Shown piece after piece: positions 1 through 10,224 of a stretch of 48,040 bases of DNA. The notes under the pieces were generated by a model. The model saw only the letters and a list, made by a program, of their open reading frames with translations, was not told where the DNA came from and did not search any database. The stretch is from Pseudomonadota bacterium (GTDB lineage: Bacteria; Bdellovibrionota; UBA1018). Position numbers and translations under genes: made by a program. The stretch is taken from contig JBDLQW010000041.1 of NCBI GenBank assembly GCA_039800365.1, positions 1 to 48,040 of the forward strand, read 5' to 3'. Numbering within the stretch: position 1 is the stretch's first letter; the number at the start of each line of letters is the position of its first letter.

Positions 1-41
1 TACATTTTGAAAAAAATCGAAACAAGCGGAGTTTTCTCATC

Positions 42-1055
42 TTGAGCCGAACAAGATCACGCTCGCATACCAAGCCCCGATGGAAGTTCTCTGGCGGTAG
101 ATCCTCGGGGCGCTATCGATGGATGATTTTTTCGATGATTGTAGGCGTGTCACTCTCGGTAGCCCTGGGGGTTTGGGCCGCCGTGGGCTTCTGGTCTTCG
201 GAGTTCCCAGATCTTACGCTCCTGAAAAGGCGCTATCCTGTGATCATCCCCTTAGGGGCGAGCTCTCGGGCTGGTCGCTCGGGACCCTCATTTCGAGTGG
301 ATTGGTCTTCGCAACGTCCGAGTGGCTGGAAGTCTCTCACAGAGATCTCGCCTCTTGCCGTTGGCGCCGTGGTGGTTTCTGAGGATTGGGCGTTTTTCTC
401 CCATCGCGGCTACGACTCGGTTCAGATTCGGGAAGCCCTGAGGCATGACCTGGAGCAGGGTTCGTTTGCTCGAGGCGCCAGCACGATTACTCAGCAGGTC
501 GTTAAGAATCTCTTTTTAACTCAAGAAAAGACTTTGTGGCGTAAAGCGAAGGAGCTCCTTTTAGCTACCCGCTTGGATCGGCAGCTCGGAAAGCGGAAGG
601 TCTTGGAGACCTACTTTAATATCGTGGAATGGGGTCCGGGGGTCTTTGGGATCGCCGCCGCGAGTTCTTATTATTTCGGCAAGGCCCCTTCGGCTTTAAA
701 TGCCCGCGAGGCAGCGTTTCTCGCGATGCTCTTGCCGAGCCCCATTCGGTATTCGCAGTCGTTTCGTCAGAAAAACCTCACTCGCTTTGCGCGCCATTCG
801 ATCAGTCGCATTCTCGGAAAAATGGTGAGCGCCGGATATTTGACGCCTGAAGAGGCCGATCAGGCAGTGCAGCAGCGCCTGAGTTTCGAGAGTGGTGCGC
901 CCGATTCGCAGGAGTCTGAGGCAGAGGAGCTGAGCTCAGCGTCCTCCTTCGAGTCGGACTCTCCTTCTGAATCTCCTCACGAGCCCGAGAGCGACTTGTC
1001 GGACGAGGGGGCGGTGCCGGATTCCGAAAGCGCGGCTGAAGAAATTGACCAGTAA
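42..1055 (+). CDS. mtgA: Monofunctional peptidoglycan glycosyltransferase (GT51, MtgA-like) with N-terminal TM helix and acidic Ser/Glu/Asp-rich C-terminal tail
   Basis: GT51 motifs EDWAFFSHRGYD, GASTITQQVVKNLFL and RKAKE...LETYFNIVEWG. TM segment MIFSMIVGVSLSVALGVWAAVGFW. No transpeptidase domain. TTG start at 42; alternative ATG at 123. Confidence 0.85.
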   Translation: MSRTRSRSHTKPRWKFSGGRSSGRYRWMIFSMIVGVSLSVALGVWAAVGFWSSEFPDLTLLKRRYPVIIPLGASSRAGRSGPSFRVDWSSQRPSGWKSLTEISPLAVGAVVVSEDWAFFSHRGYDSVQIREALRHDLEQGSFARGASTITQQVVKNLFLTQEKTLWRKAKELLLATRLDRQLGKRKVLETYFNIVEWGPGVFGIAAASSYYFGKAPSALNAREAAFLAMLLPSPIRYSQSFRQKNLTRFARHSISRILGKMVSAGYLTPEEADQAVQQRLSFESGAPDSQESEAEELSSASSFESDSPSESPHEPESDLSDEGAVPDSESAAEEIDQ

Positions 1056-1064
1056 GCCAAGGCC

Positions 1065-2381
1065 ATGGACAATGAAGAGTCTATGCTGGCGCCTTCAAAT
1101 CAGATCAATGCCCTGAACTCTTCGAAGCGAGGCTGGAGACTCCTGGTTCTGCCCGTGGGCCTTCTGGCTTTGATCTTGAGCGCGCGAATCGCCGGAAGCG
1201 TCCAGTCTTCGTCAGTTCATCAAGGGCCCTTGCGTTCTTCGTTAACGCGACAAGAGCTTGCACAGGCCCTTTCTCAAGCACCTGTCGGGCCTGGCCTGCC
1301 TCGCACTTTGGAGGTCTCGTTCAGCGGCAAGAAACGCTCGGCTCGGATCGAGTATACGTTTGATGTTCGCTTGCAAGAGGCGGTCGAAAAAATGCTCTTA
1401 AGCTCAGACCCGGACTACGGGGCTTTGGCCGCTGTCGATCCTCAAAGCGGTCGCGTCCTGGCTCTGGCGAGCCACGAGTCTCGACGAGTGACCTCCAAGG
1501 CTCACAAGCCTCGCTCTTTAGACGAGCATTTGGCCCTTCGAGCCTCTTTTCCGTCGGCCTCGATTTTCAAAGTCGTCACAGCTGCCGCAGTGATCGCCGA
1601 AAAACGATTTACCGCCGACACTCGGGTGGCCTTCAGCGGCTCTAATCACACCCTCTATAAAAAGCAGGTCCTAACGGATCATCCTAATCGCTGGACGCGT
1701 TCGATGTCCTTAAGAGACGCTTTCGCAAAGTCGGTAAATACTGTTTTTGGAAAAATTGGTGTTTTCAATCTTGGCGCTGAGCCCCTTCGCGAATATGCGG
1801 GTCGATTTGGCTTCAATCGCAGTATTGCTTCGGATCTTCCTGTTCAGCCAGGTAAGGCCCCGATTCCTGAGAACGCTGATGCATGGACTTTAGCTGAGGC
1901 TGCTTCGGGGTTCACCCGTGAGAACACCATGAGTCCTCTTCAAGGGTCGTTGATTGCTGCAGCGCTGGTAAACGATGGGAAAATGATCGCGCCGCAAGCC
2001 GTGCAGTCGGTTTGGCTCGAGGATGGGCAAGCCGTTTATCAGATGAACCCGAGCGAAAGCTATGACGTGGTTTCTCCTCAGGTGGCTGCTCAGATGCGCG
2101 AGTTGATGCGAGAAACCGTTGTTTCTGGAACCTCCAGAAAAACCTTTCGCGGATTTCACCGTGGAAAGACCGCGAGTATCGATGCAGGCGGAAAGACCGG
2201 ATCGCTCACCGGAAATGATCCTGAGGGTAAATACGATTGGTTCGTGGGGTTTGGGGCTTTGCAGGGAAAAAAGATCGCCCTGGCGGCTTTGACGATTCAT
2301 AAGAAACAGTGGCGAATCAAGTCTTCGGCCCTCGCTCGTCGCGCGATAGAAACTTATTTGCTTCCGGTGAGACAGCGGTGA
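1065..2381 (+). CDS. Penicillin-binding protein, transpeptidase domain only (membrane anchored)
   Basis: SxxK (SASIFKV), SxN (KSVNTVF) and KTG (GGKTGSL) motifs. N-terminal TM ([17 protein letters not shown]). Lies 9 nt after mtgA. Confidence 0.8.
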   Translation: MDNEESMLAPSNQINALNSSKRGWRLLVLPVGLLALILSARIAGSVQSSSVHQGPLRSSLTRQELAQALSQAPVGPGLPRTLEVSFSGKKRSARIEYTFDVRLQEAVEKMLLSSDPDYGALAAVDPQSGRVLALASHESRRVTSKAHKPRSLDEHLALRASFPSASIFKVVTAAAVIAEKRFTADTRVAFSGSNHTLYKKQVLTDHPNRWTRSMSLRDAFAKSVNTVFGKIGVFNLGAEPLREYAGRFGFNRSIASDLPVQPGKAPIPENADAWTLAEAASGFTRENTMSPLQGSLIAAALVNDGKMIAPQAVQSVWLEDGQAVYQMNPSESYDVVSPQVAAQMRELMRETVVSGTSRKTFRGFHRGKTASIDAGGKTGSLTGNDPEGKYDWFVGFGALQGKKIALAALTIHKKQWRIKSSALARRAIETYLLPVRQR

Positions 2382-2830
2382 GAGCGGTTATTCAGCGGGT
2401 TGCTGAGGCCGAAGTTCAAGTGGGTGGGCGCACCGTAGGGAAAATTGATCGCGGAATCTTGACCTTTTTAGGGGTCGGCGCGGGTGACTCTAAGGCTACG
2501 GTCGAGAAACTGATTCAAAAAATCCTGCGATTACGAATTTTCGAAGACGAAAGCGCCAAGATGAATCTCAGTCTTCAGGAGATCCAGGGCGGACACCTGA
2601 TCGTCTCTCAGTTCACCCTTTATGCCGATCTCTCTAAGGGAAATCGCCCCAGCTTTATCGATGCCGCAAAGCCAGACGTGGCTAGGGAAATCTACAACCA
2701 CGCTCTTGAATTCAGTAGCGCTCAGGGCGTTCTGACCCAGGCCGGAGAGTTCCAGGCCGATATGCAGGTTCGACTCGTGAATGACGGCCCTGCCACCCTG
2801 ATCTTGGTGCAAGACGGAGGAATCGAGTGA
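2378..2830 (+). CDS. dtd: D-aminoacyl-tRNA deacylase
   Basis: RAVIQRV N-terminus, [14 protein letters not shown] and NDGPATL motifs. The GTG at 2378 overlaps the PBP stop (GTGA). The ORF-track start at 2309 would overlap the PBP by 73 nt and add a non-Dtd extension. Confidence 0.85.
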   Translation: MRAVIQRVAEAEVQVGGRTVGKIDRGILTFLGVGAGDSKATVEKLIQKILRLRIFEDESAKMNLSLQEIQGGHLIVSQFTLYADLSKGNRPSFIDAAKPDVAREIYNHALEFSSAQGVLTQAGEFQADMQVRLVNDGPATLILVQDGGIE

Positions 2831-3786
2831 CCTCGCCTACGGTGCATGTGCCGATCATGACGGCTCCGATTGTTGAGTTTCTTGCCGAACCCTTCGGTAA
2901 GCGCCCGGGTACCTACCTGGATTGCACTTTGGGCGGAGGCGGTCATCTTGAAGCAATGCTTCGAGCCTTAGATCAAACCCCGTTTGCCTCAGAGCATCGG
3001 GTCTTAGCTGTGGATCAAGATCTTTTGGCGATTGATCGCGCTCGAACTCGTTTCTCGGGCGAGCTTCAGAGGGGGCGTTTGATTTTGCTTCACGCGCGCT
3101 TCAGCGAACTTGAAATTCCTCCAGGACTTCCTCCTGTTCTTGGGGTTTTGGCCGACTTGGGTTTCTCGAGCGATCAGATCGACTCGGCAGATCGAGGTTT
3201 GAGTTTTCGTCTTGAAGGGCCTTTAGACATGAGGCTTGATCCGTCTCGGGGAGAGTCGGCGTATCAACTTTTGAGAAGACTCTCTGAGCGAGAGCTCTCT
3301 GATCTTATTTTTGAATTCGGCGAAGAGCGTTTAGCGCGTAAAATCGCTCGATTGATCGTTGAATCGCGAGAAAAGAGTCAGCTTTCTGACAGTACGGGGG
3401 CCTTTGCCGCACTGGTTTCGCGAGCTTTTCCGCCGGCTCAGAGGTACGGCCGTATCCACCCTGCCACTCGAACTTTTCAGGCGCTTCGAATCGCGGTTAA
3501 TCAAGAGCTTGAAGAGCTCGATCAGCTTCTCGACCGTGTGCTACCCTCGACCCTAGAGTCTGGTGGTCGAGTGGCGATCCTCTCATTTCATTCTTTAGAG
3601 GACCGCCGGGTCAAGCAAGCCTTTCAGGGTAAGGATCACTCGTGGAAGGCCATGACGAAAAAACCATTAGAAGCTGACGAACAAGAAATTTCGAGGAACC
3701 CTCGATCGCGAAGTGCGAAGCTTCGACTGGCTGAGTGGAGGCCCGCTGAGAGAGGGCCAGAACAGAGGAAGGCGGAAGGGTCATGA
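2827..3786 (+). CDS. rsmH: 16S rRNA (cytosine1402-N4)-methyltransferase
   Basis: [32 protein letters not shown] and [11 protein letters not shown] motifs. GTGA overlap with dtd. Confidence 0.9.
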   Translation: MTSPTVHVPIMTAPIVEFLAEPFGKRPGTYLDCTLGGGGHLEAMLRALDQTPFASEHRVLAVDQDLLAIDRARTRFSGELQRGRLILLHARFSELEIPPGLPPVLGVLADLGFSSDQIDSADRGLSFRLEGPLDMRLDPSRGESAYQLLRRLSERELSDLIFEFGEERLARKIARLIVESREKSQLSDSTGAFAALVSRAFPPAQRYGRIHPATRTFQALRIAVNQELEELDQLLDRVLPSTLESGGRVAILSFHSLEDRRVKQAFQGKDHSWKAMTKKPLEADEQEISRNPRSRSAKLRLAEWRPAERGPEQRKAEGS

Positions 3787-4067
3787 AGGGTAATGCCAAG
3801 GATTGGTTTCCCGGTTGGATTTGGCCGGTTTTTCTTTTTCTGACCATCGGAAGTGTTTGGGTTCGACTCTCGATCGTAAAAACGACCTATGCAGTCACCC
3901 AAGCCGATCGCAACCTTCGCAGCTTGAGGCAGGACCGCGAGCAGATTGAGCTTCGTGTGGCGGGTCTCAAGTCACCGCGTCGATTAGAGATGATTGCGCG
4001 CTCACGCTTTGGATTGGCGCAGCCCAGAGCAGATCAAGTCGTTCACCTTGGGACGGGTTCGCGATGA
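3783..4067 (+). CDS. ftsL: Cell division protein FtsL-like (small bitopic membrane protein)
   Basis: 94 aa with one TM (WPVFLFLTIGSVWVRLSIV), a coiled-coil segment and a C-terminal RLEMIARSRFGLAQP motif. It occupies the canonical position between rsmH and ftsI, with ATGA overlaps on both sides. Confidence 0.65.
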   Translation: MKGNAKDWFPGWIWPVFLFLTIGSVWVRLSIVKTTYAVTQADRNLRSLRQDREQIELRVAGLKSPRRLEMIARSRFGLAQPRADQVVHLGTGSR

Positions 4068-6139
4068 CTTCGCCTCAAGATCTCGCGCGCAAGCGGCTGA
4101 AGTGGGTCGCCCTGGGCACCGGTGCTGCAGCGTTACTCGTTTTAGCCCGAGCTTTCAGCATTCAAGTCGTCACTGATCCCCGGCTCGAGCGCCTGGCGAA
4201 GCGCCAATTTCAGAGCAAAGTCCTGCTTTCTCCGCGTCGGGGCTCGATTATCGACCGCAACGGTGAGGCGCTTGCTGTCAATATCGAAACTAGTAGTCTA
4301 GCTGCCAATCCCAAGAAAATTCGCGGCAAGAGTAACGTGATTCGCCTGCTTGCGCGCGCGCTGGATCTTCCGGTTGAGCGCCTTCAGCAAAGGCTCAAAG
4401 AAAAGCGCGAGTTCATCTGGTTGCGCAGGCACTTGAAGGAAACCGAGATTAATCTCCTTAAAAAATCGCAAATCATTGCTGCCGATGGCGACTTGGTTGA
4501 GGGGCTCTGGTTGGTTCGTGAAAGCAAGCGCGTTTACCCCCATCACGAGCTCGCTGCTCATATTTTGGGTGATACCAATGTCGACAATAACGGCATGGAA
4601 GGCGTCGAGCTTTGGTTCAATTCGATTTTAAAAGGGAAAGTGGTTTCAGTCGACACGACTAAGGATGCATTGGGGCGACCAACATTCTTGGACGCATCGG
4701 TTGCGGGGTCGGTTAAGGATGGCGAGACGGTTCAGCTGACTCTCGATGCGTCGCTTCAGTATTCGGTTCAGCAAGAGCTCAAGAGCGCAGTGGCGCGCAC
4801 CAGCTCGCAAGGTGGCACTGTCATCGTCATGAACGCCGTGAATGGCGAGGTTCTCGCGATGGCCAATGAGCCCGCGTTTGATCCGAACCGAGATGATGCT
4901 CCGGTTGCCAATCGCAGAAATCGCGCCGTGACTGATGGATACGAGCCTGGTTCGACTTTGAAGCCGGTGCTTTTGGCTGCCGCACTCGCCGGAGGAATGA
5001 AGCTGACCGATCAGATTTACGGCAATCTGGGCAGCTTCAAGGTGCAGGGACGGACGATTTCTGAAGCCGAAAGTCATGAAAAGTTCGAGTGGATCAGCTT
5101 AAAGAAAATGATTCAGGTCTCCAGCAACGTGGTTTCGGCAAAGCTTGCCTTAAAGCTCGGAGCAGAAGGCTATTCGAAGGTGCTACAGTCTTTGGGGTTC
5201 GGATCCAAGACCGGCATTGGGTTTCCAGGTGAGATCGCCGCTCGAGTTCCTCCCAAGAAAGCATGGCAGCCCTTAACCCTCGCTAATATCGGCTTCGGTC
5301 AGGGCGTTTTGGTGACCCCGATTCAGATGGTTCGGGCGTACGCGACGTTTTTAAATGGCGGCTGGCTGGTGGATCCGACCCTGGTGCTCGGCAGTCCGGA
5401 TGAACGGTATGTTCGGCAGGCGCCGCGGCGGATATTTCCTCAAGCAGTTGCTGATGGCGTGGTTTCGGCCCTCCTTTCGGTTACTGAAGAGGGCGGCACT
5501 GGGAAAAAAGCCGTTCTCGACGGCTATCGGGTAGCGGGTAAGACGGGCACTGCTCAAACGGTCGACCCGAACACGGGGCGGTATTCACGCTCGCACTACA
5601 TTTCCAGCTTTGTGGGTTTCGCTACGGGAGTCGATCCGAAACTGGTCATTTACACTGCTTTGGATGGTCCTCAGGGAATTTACTATGCTTCTGAAACTGC
5701 GGCTCCATTGTTTCGCCAAGTCCTTGCGGCAGTGGTGAATCGGTACAGCATGCCCTCCGATCCCTTGTTGCTTCATCAAAAAACGCTCGCTTCATCTGAG
5801 GCAAGCCTCAAAGGTGACGAGGTTGCCATGAGTCAGGCTCAAGCCGAGCCACCCATCCTTCGAGCGCCAACCCCGAGTGGATCGTCAGCTGGTGAGGTTT
5901 CTTTGCCTCCGCAGGAGAGTGCCCCCGTTCTGGTGGGTCAAGAGCCTGGTGATTTTGCTTTGCCTCGAAAAATGCCGAATGTGCATGGGCTGACCGCCCG
6001 CGAAGCGTTGCGTTCCCTTCAGGGGTTTCCTCATGAAATCGAAATGGAGGGGCGAGGGGTCGTTCGCTCTCAGCACCCCGAGCCTGGGAAGGCGGTTGCC
6101 GAACGGATGACGATTCGGCTAAGTCTTGCGGCTCCATGA
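4064..6139 (+). CDS. ftsI: Class B penicillin-binding protein FtsI/PBP3 with low-complexity linker and C-terminal PASTA domain
   Basis: SxxK (GSTLKP), SxN (SSNVV) and KTG (GKTGTA) motifs. N-terminal TM. C-terminal MPNVHGLTAREALRSLQG...GVVRSQHPEPGKAV...IRLSL is PASTA-like. Confidence 0.9.
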   Translation: MTSPQDLARKRLKWVALGTGAAALLVLARAFSIQVVTDPRLERLAKRQFQSKVLLSPRRGSIIDRNGEALAVNIETSSLAANPKKIRGKSNVIRLLARALDLPVERLQQRLKEKREFIWLRRHLKETEINLLKKSQIIAADGDLVEGLWLVRESKRVYPHHELAAHILGDTNVDNNGMEGVELWFNSILKGKVVSVDTTKDALGRPTFLDASVAGSVKDGETVQLTLDASLQYSVQQELKSAVARTSSQGGTVIVMNAVNGEVLAMANEPAFDPNRDDAPVANRRNRAVTDGYEPGSTLKPVLLAAALAGGMKLTDQIYGNLGSFKVQGRTISEAESHEKFEWISLKKMIQVSSNVVSAKLALKLGAEGYSKVLQSLGFGSKTGIGFPGEIAARVPPKKAWQPLTLANIGFGQGVLVTPIQMVRAYATFLNGGWLVDPTLVLGSPDERYVRQAPRRIFPQAVADGVVSALLSVTEEGGTGKKAVLDGYRVAGKTGTAQTVDPNTGRYSRSHYISSFVGFATGVDPKLVIYTALDGPQGIYYASETAAPLFRQVLAAVVNRYSMPSDPLLLHQKTLASSEASLKGDEVAMSQAQAEPPILRAPTPSGSSAGEVSLPPQESAPVLVGQEPGDFALPRKMPNVHGLTAREALRSLQGFPHEIEMEGRGVVRSQHPEPGKAVAERMTIRLSLAAP

Positions 6140-7650
6140 GCGCTCTTTCGTTAATGATGCAGGAACTGGTGGTCTCGGGCTCTGAACCCTTTCAGGATTC
6201 TCGTTCGATTCCACTGGGTGGGTTGTTCTTCGCGATTCGCGGTACGGCCAACGATGGACATCAGTATGTTCCAGAGATCTTGTCTCGGTCTGACGCCCGC
6301 TGTGTGGTGGCTCAAGATTATCAGTTACCCGTTGGGTTTGACGAATCTTACGAATCCCGCCTGATTCGGGTTCTTGACCCCCGAGAGGCCTATGCTTGGG
6401 CCTGCGCGTCTTTTTTTCGGCATCCTTCACGCTCTTTGCTGATGGTGGGAGTTACTGGAACCAGCGGAAAAACCACCACCACGTATTTAATCGAATCGGT
6501 GCTTCGCGCAGCTGGGCATCGCGTGGGCTTGATTGGAACCGTAAACTTTCGAATTGGCGATCGAGTGATTCCCTCAACCCATACCACTCCCGGTTGCAGA
6601 GAGCTTCAGCAGCTTCTTGCTGAAATGAAGCGAGAAGGTTGTACGGCAGTGGTCATGGAGGTTTCTTCGCACGCGCTCAAGCAGCATCGTTCTTTGGGTA
6701 TCGCCTTTGATGCGATGGTTTTCACGAACTTGTCTCGCGAGCACCTCGATTACCATCCCGATATGGAGGACTATTTTCAGTCAAAGCGCCTCTTGTTCAC
6801 TCGGTATTTTGAGGATGCGAAGTCTGCGGGAAAAACCCCTCAGTTGATCATCAATGGCGAAGATGACTATGGCCAGCGTCTCAGCTCGGGTCTTGAGTCT
6901 CCCTCGCTGTGGACTTTTTCTTTGAAGGACTCTGGCGCTCATCGCGTGGTGGCCCGATCGCTTGAGATGAGCGCTGATGGCATTATTGCTGAGGTTTGCC
7001 ATCGAGGTGAGCCGAAGTTTCAATTGAAGACGCCCCTGGTGGCGCGGTTTAACGCTTCCAACGCGATGGCCGCAGCGACCGTTGGGCTTTCTCTGGGCTT
7101 TTCACCCGAGGTCGTTGCAGCAGGAATTTCGAGCTTGAGCGGGGTTCCTGGGCGGCTTGAAAAGGTCAGTAATCCCCTCGGGCTGACGATTCTGGTAGAT
7201 TACGCTCATAAGCCCGATGCCCTTGAAAAAGTCTTGTTGACCTTGCGCGAGCTTCGGCGACCTGGCCAGCGCATCATCACTGTCGTGGGTTGCGGAGGCG
7301 ATCGAGATCGCACCAAGCGTCCGGTAATGGGCAAAATCGCAGAGTCACTCTCTGACCTCGTGGTGGTGACGTCGGATAACCCCCGCACCGAGAATCCTTC
7401 TCAAATCATCGAGCAGGTCGTTTCGGGGATCGCTCGGCGCGAGCGGGCGATCGTCGAGGCCGATCGACGCCAGGCGATTTTTAAAGCGGTTCGCGAAGCG
7501 CGTCCGGGCGATTTGGTTTTGATTGCAGGCAAAGGGCATGAAGATTATCAGATCATCGCTGATCCTTCGGGGACAGGTGGGGTTCGAAAGATTCCTTTTG
7601 ACGATCGACAGGTTGCCTCAGAGGCATGTCAGACCCGTTCGGAAAGCTAA
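6136..7650 (+). CDS. murE: UDP-N-acetylmuramoyl-L-alanyl-D-glutamate--2,6-diaminopimelate ligase
   Basis: P-loop GVTGTSGKTTTT. The DNPR motif (TSDNPRTENP) is typical of meso-DAP-adding MurE. ATGA overlap with ftsI. Confidence 0.9.
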   Translation: MSALSLMMQELVVSGSEPFQDSRSIPLGGLFFAIRGTANDGHQYVPEILSRSDARCVVAQDYQLPVGFDESYESRLIRVLDPREAYAWACASFFRHPSRSLLMVGVTGTSGKTTTTYLIESVLRAAGHRVGLIGTVNFRIGDRVIPSTHTTPGCRELQQLLAEMKREGCTAVVMEVSSHALKQHRSLGIAFDAMVFTNLSREHLDYHPDMEDYFQSKRLLFTRYFEDAKSAGKTPQLIINGEDDYGQRLSSGLESPSLWTFSLKDSGAHRVVARSLEMSADGIIAEVCHRGEPKFQLKTPLVARFNASNAMAAATVGLSLGFSPEVVAAGISSLSGVPGRLEKVSNPLGLTILVDYAHKPDALEKVLLTLRELRRPGQRIITVVGCGGDRDRTKRPVMGKIAESLSDLVVVTSDNPRTENPSQIIEQVVSGIARRERAIVEADRRQAIFKAVREARPGDLVLIAGKGHEDYQIIADPSGTGGVRKIPFDDRQVASEACQTRSES

Positions 7651-7654
7651 TTTC

Positions 7655-7684
7655 TTGACTTCAAACTTTTAAAATCAGTAGCAT
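7655..7684 (+). promoter_or_regulatory. Putative internal sigma70-type promoter upstream of mraY
   Basis: TTGACT (7655-7660), an 18-nt spacer, then TAGCAT (7679-7684). The mraY ATG at 7695 follows 10 nt later with no Shine-Dalgarno sequence. Confidence 0.3.
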
Positions 7685-7694
7685 TTCGCTCACG

Positions 7695-8771
7695 ATGCTT
7701 TTTCATCTTCTGTATCCGCTTCACGAACGATTCTCGGCTCTGAATGTGTTTAAGTACATTTCGTTTCGTACTTTCGGAGCAGCGATCACTGCCATTTTGG
7801 TCTGCATGTTGATCGGCCCAGGGTATATTCACTGGCTCAAGAAAAAGCAGATGGGACAGGCCATTCGTGATGATGGGCCACAGTCACATCTTTCGAAAAA
7901 GGGCACCCCCACGATGGGCGGGGGCATGATTCTGCTCAGTATCGCGGCTGCGACGCTGTTGTGGTCTGACTTGAGCAATCTTTATGTTTGGGTCGCCTTG
8001 ATCACGACACTGGCATACGGCGGCATTGGGTTCGTCGATGATTATCGCAAAGTGGTGCGAAAAAACCCAAAAGGCCTTTCTGGTCGCGAGAAGCTTTTTT
8101 TTCAGACGCTTTTTGCTCTGGTGGCAGCTCTGGTCTTGTTTCGCATGGGCGAGGGTGCCCCAGCTCTGAAGTTTCCTTTCTTTAAGGGGTGGTCCATTGA
8201 GCTGGGATTGCTTTTTGTTCCGTTCACGGTCTTGGTCATCGTGGGATCTTCGAATGCCGTCAATTTGACCGATGGCTTAGACGGGTTGGCGGTCGGTCCT
8301 ACGGTCACCACTTCAGTGACTTTACTCATTCTCACCTATTGTGCGGGTCACCTTCGAATCGCCGAATATCTCCAGATTCCGCATGTTCCCGGCTCAGGCG
8401 AGCTGGCGATTTTCTGCGCCTCGGTGGCGATGGCTTGCTTGGGATTCCTTTGGTTCAATACCTATCCTGCCCAGGTTTTCATGGGTGACGTCGGATCTCT
8501 TGCTCTGGGGGCGGCTCTCGCGGTGGTGGCGGTCATTAGCAAGAACGAAATTTTACTGGCTCTCTGTGGCGGCGTATTTGTGGTAGAGGCGCTGTCGGTG
8601 ATGGCTCAGGTGGCTTCTTTTAAGATGACCGGTAAGCGGGTTTTTCGGATGGCGCCCATTCATCACCATTTCGAACTAAAGGGTTGGGCAGAACCGAAAG
8701 TCATCGTTCGCTTCTGGATTATTTCGATTCTTTTGGCGTTAATCACGTTGTCGACATTGAAACTTCGATGA
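7695..8771 (+). CDS. mraY: Phospho-N-acetylmuramoyl-pentapeptide transferase
   Basis: Polytopic membrane protein. Motifs [24 protein letters not shown] and HHHFEL. Confidence 0.92.
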   Translation: MLFHLLYPLHERFSALNVFKYISFRTFGAAITAILVCMLIGPGYIHWLKKKQMGQAIRDDGPQSHLSKKGTPTMGGGMILLSIAAATLLWSDLSNLYVWVALITTLAYGGIGFVDDYRKVVRKNPKGLSGREKLFFQTLFALVAALVLFRMGEGAPALKFPFFKGWSIELGLLFVPFTVLVIVGSSNAVNLTDGLDGLAVGPTVTTSVTLLILTYCAGHLRIAEYLQIPHVPGSGELAIFCASVAMACLGFLWFNTYPAQVFMGDVGSLALGAALAVVAVISKNEILLALCGGVFVVEALSVMAQVASFKMTGKRVFRMAPIHHHFELKGWAEPKVIVRFWIISILLALITLSTLKLR

Positions 8772-8799
8772 ACTACGGGCTGGGTTTGAGGGAGTACTG

Positions 8800-10182
8800 A
8801 TGAGCAGGTTTAAGGGAAAGCGTATTTTGGTCGTGGGGTTTGGCAAGTCGGGGGTTTCGGCCGCTCGCTATTTAAGCAAGCAGGGCGCTAAGGTTACCGT
8901 CACCGACATGAAGCAGAAAACAGAGCTTGCTGACAGTGTGGCAGCCTGTGCCGACCTCAAGATTGAGTACGAACTCGGGCGCCATCAGAGTAAGACCTTC
9001 ACTTCAGCTGAATTGATCGTCGTCAGTCCCGGCGTGGCACTTAGTCAGAAGATTTTTGAGGAAGTGCGAGCTGCGAATGTTCCGATCACCAATGATATCG
9101 AGATCGCGGCAACTCAGCTTGAGGTGCCCCTGGTTGCCGTGACAGGCACCAACGGAAAGACGACGACGACGAGTTTGATCGGTGAGATGTTCAAAGCGGA
9201 TCGTCGCGAAGTCTTCGTTGGGGGGAATATCGGAAAACCCCTTCTCGATTTCTATTTGGATGAGAAGCCAGCGTCGACAGTCGTTGCCGAGCTATCGAGC
9301 TTTCAGCTGGAATTGGCCGATAAGTTTACCCCGGCGGTAGCCGTATTCACGAATATCGAACCCGATCATCTTGATCGATATCCTTCGCTTGAGGCTTATG
9401 CCGCCGCCAAGAAGAAGCTCTTGCAGCTTTGCGATCGGAACAGTTTTGTCGTTCTGAATTTTGATAATCCCACGGTTTCGCAGCTGGCGAGCGAAGCAAA
9501 GGGCAAGCTGATGTGGTTTTCGAAACGAAACCCCATGAGCATCGGTGGCGAGTTCGCAGAGAACTTCTGCGGCTGTTATTATAATGCCTCTACCAGCCGA
9601 ATTGTGGCGAAGATCACTGGAAAAGATGAGATTTACGACGTCTCTACCTTCAAGCTTTTTGGTGAGCACAATAAAGAAAACCTCATGGCAGCGATCTGTG
9701 CCGCTCGGGCTCAAGGGGTATCTCCGGCTGCGATTCAGTCGGTGATTCAAAACTTCAGGGGCGTTCCTCATCGTCTTGAGTTCGTCCGGAAAAAAGATGG
9801 TGTGTACTTCATCAATGACTCGAAGGGCACCAACGTCATGAGTTTGCAGCGCAGCCTCATGGCATTCCCAAAAAATCCGATTATTTTGATCGCGGGCGGA
9901 AAAGACAAGAATATGGAGTTTTCTCCGCTAGCTGATCTGGTTCGAGAGCGATGCAAGCTCTTGATCCTTTTGGGAGAGGCTAAAGAGAAGATCAACCGCG
10001 CGCTAGGCGATCATGCCGATACGTTTTTGGTAGGAACTTTCGAAGAAGCGGTTCTGCTGGCCTATCAAAAGTCGCGTAGCGGCGATATTATTCTCTTGTC
10101 GCCTGGATGCGCGAGTTTCGACATGTTCCGAAATTTCGAAGAACGGGGCGATTACTTCAGGAAGCTCGTCTCTCAGCTCTAA
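8800..10182 (+). CDS. murD: UDP-N-acetylmuramoylalanine--D-glutamate ligase
   Basis: Rossmann N-terminus VVGFGKSGVSAARYL and P-loop GTNGKTTTT, in the canonical position after mraY. Confidence 0.9.
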   Translation: MSRFKGKRILVVGFGKSGVSAARYLSKQGAKVTVTDMKQKTELADSVAACADLKIEYELGRHQSKTFTSAELIVVSPGVALSQKIFEEVRAANVPITNDIEIAATQLEVPLVAVTGTNGKTTTTSLIGEMFKADRREVFVGGNIGKPLLDFYLDEKPASTVVAELSSFQLELADKFTPAVAVFTNIEPDHLDRYPSLEAYAAAKKKLLQLCDRNSFVVLNFDNPTVSQLASEAKGKLMWFSKRNPMSIGGEFAENFCGCYYNASTSRIVAKITGKDEIYDVSTFKLFGEHNKENLMAAICAARAQGVSPAAIQSVIQNFRGVPHRLEFVRKKDGVYFINDSKGTNVMSLQRSLMAFPKNPIILIAGGKDKNMEFSPLADLVRERCKLLILLGEAKEKINRALGDHADTFLVGTFEEAVLLAYQKSRSGDIILLSPGCASFDMFRNFEERGDYFRKLVSQL

Positions 10183-10224
10183 AGGGCTCTACGAGCTAGA
10201 GCAGCAATAGGAACAGGAGGTCCC

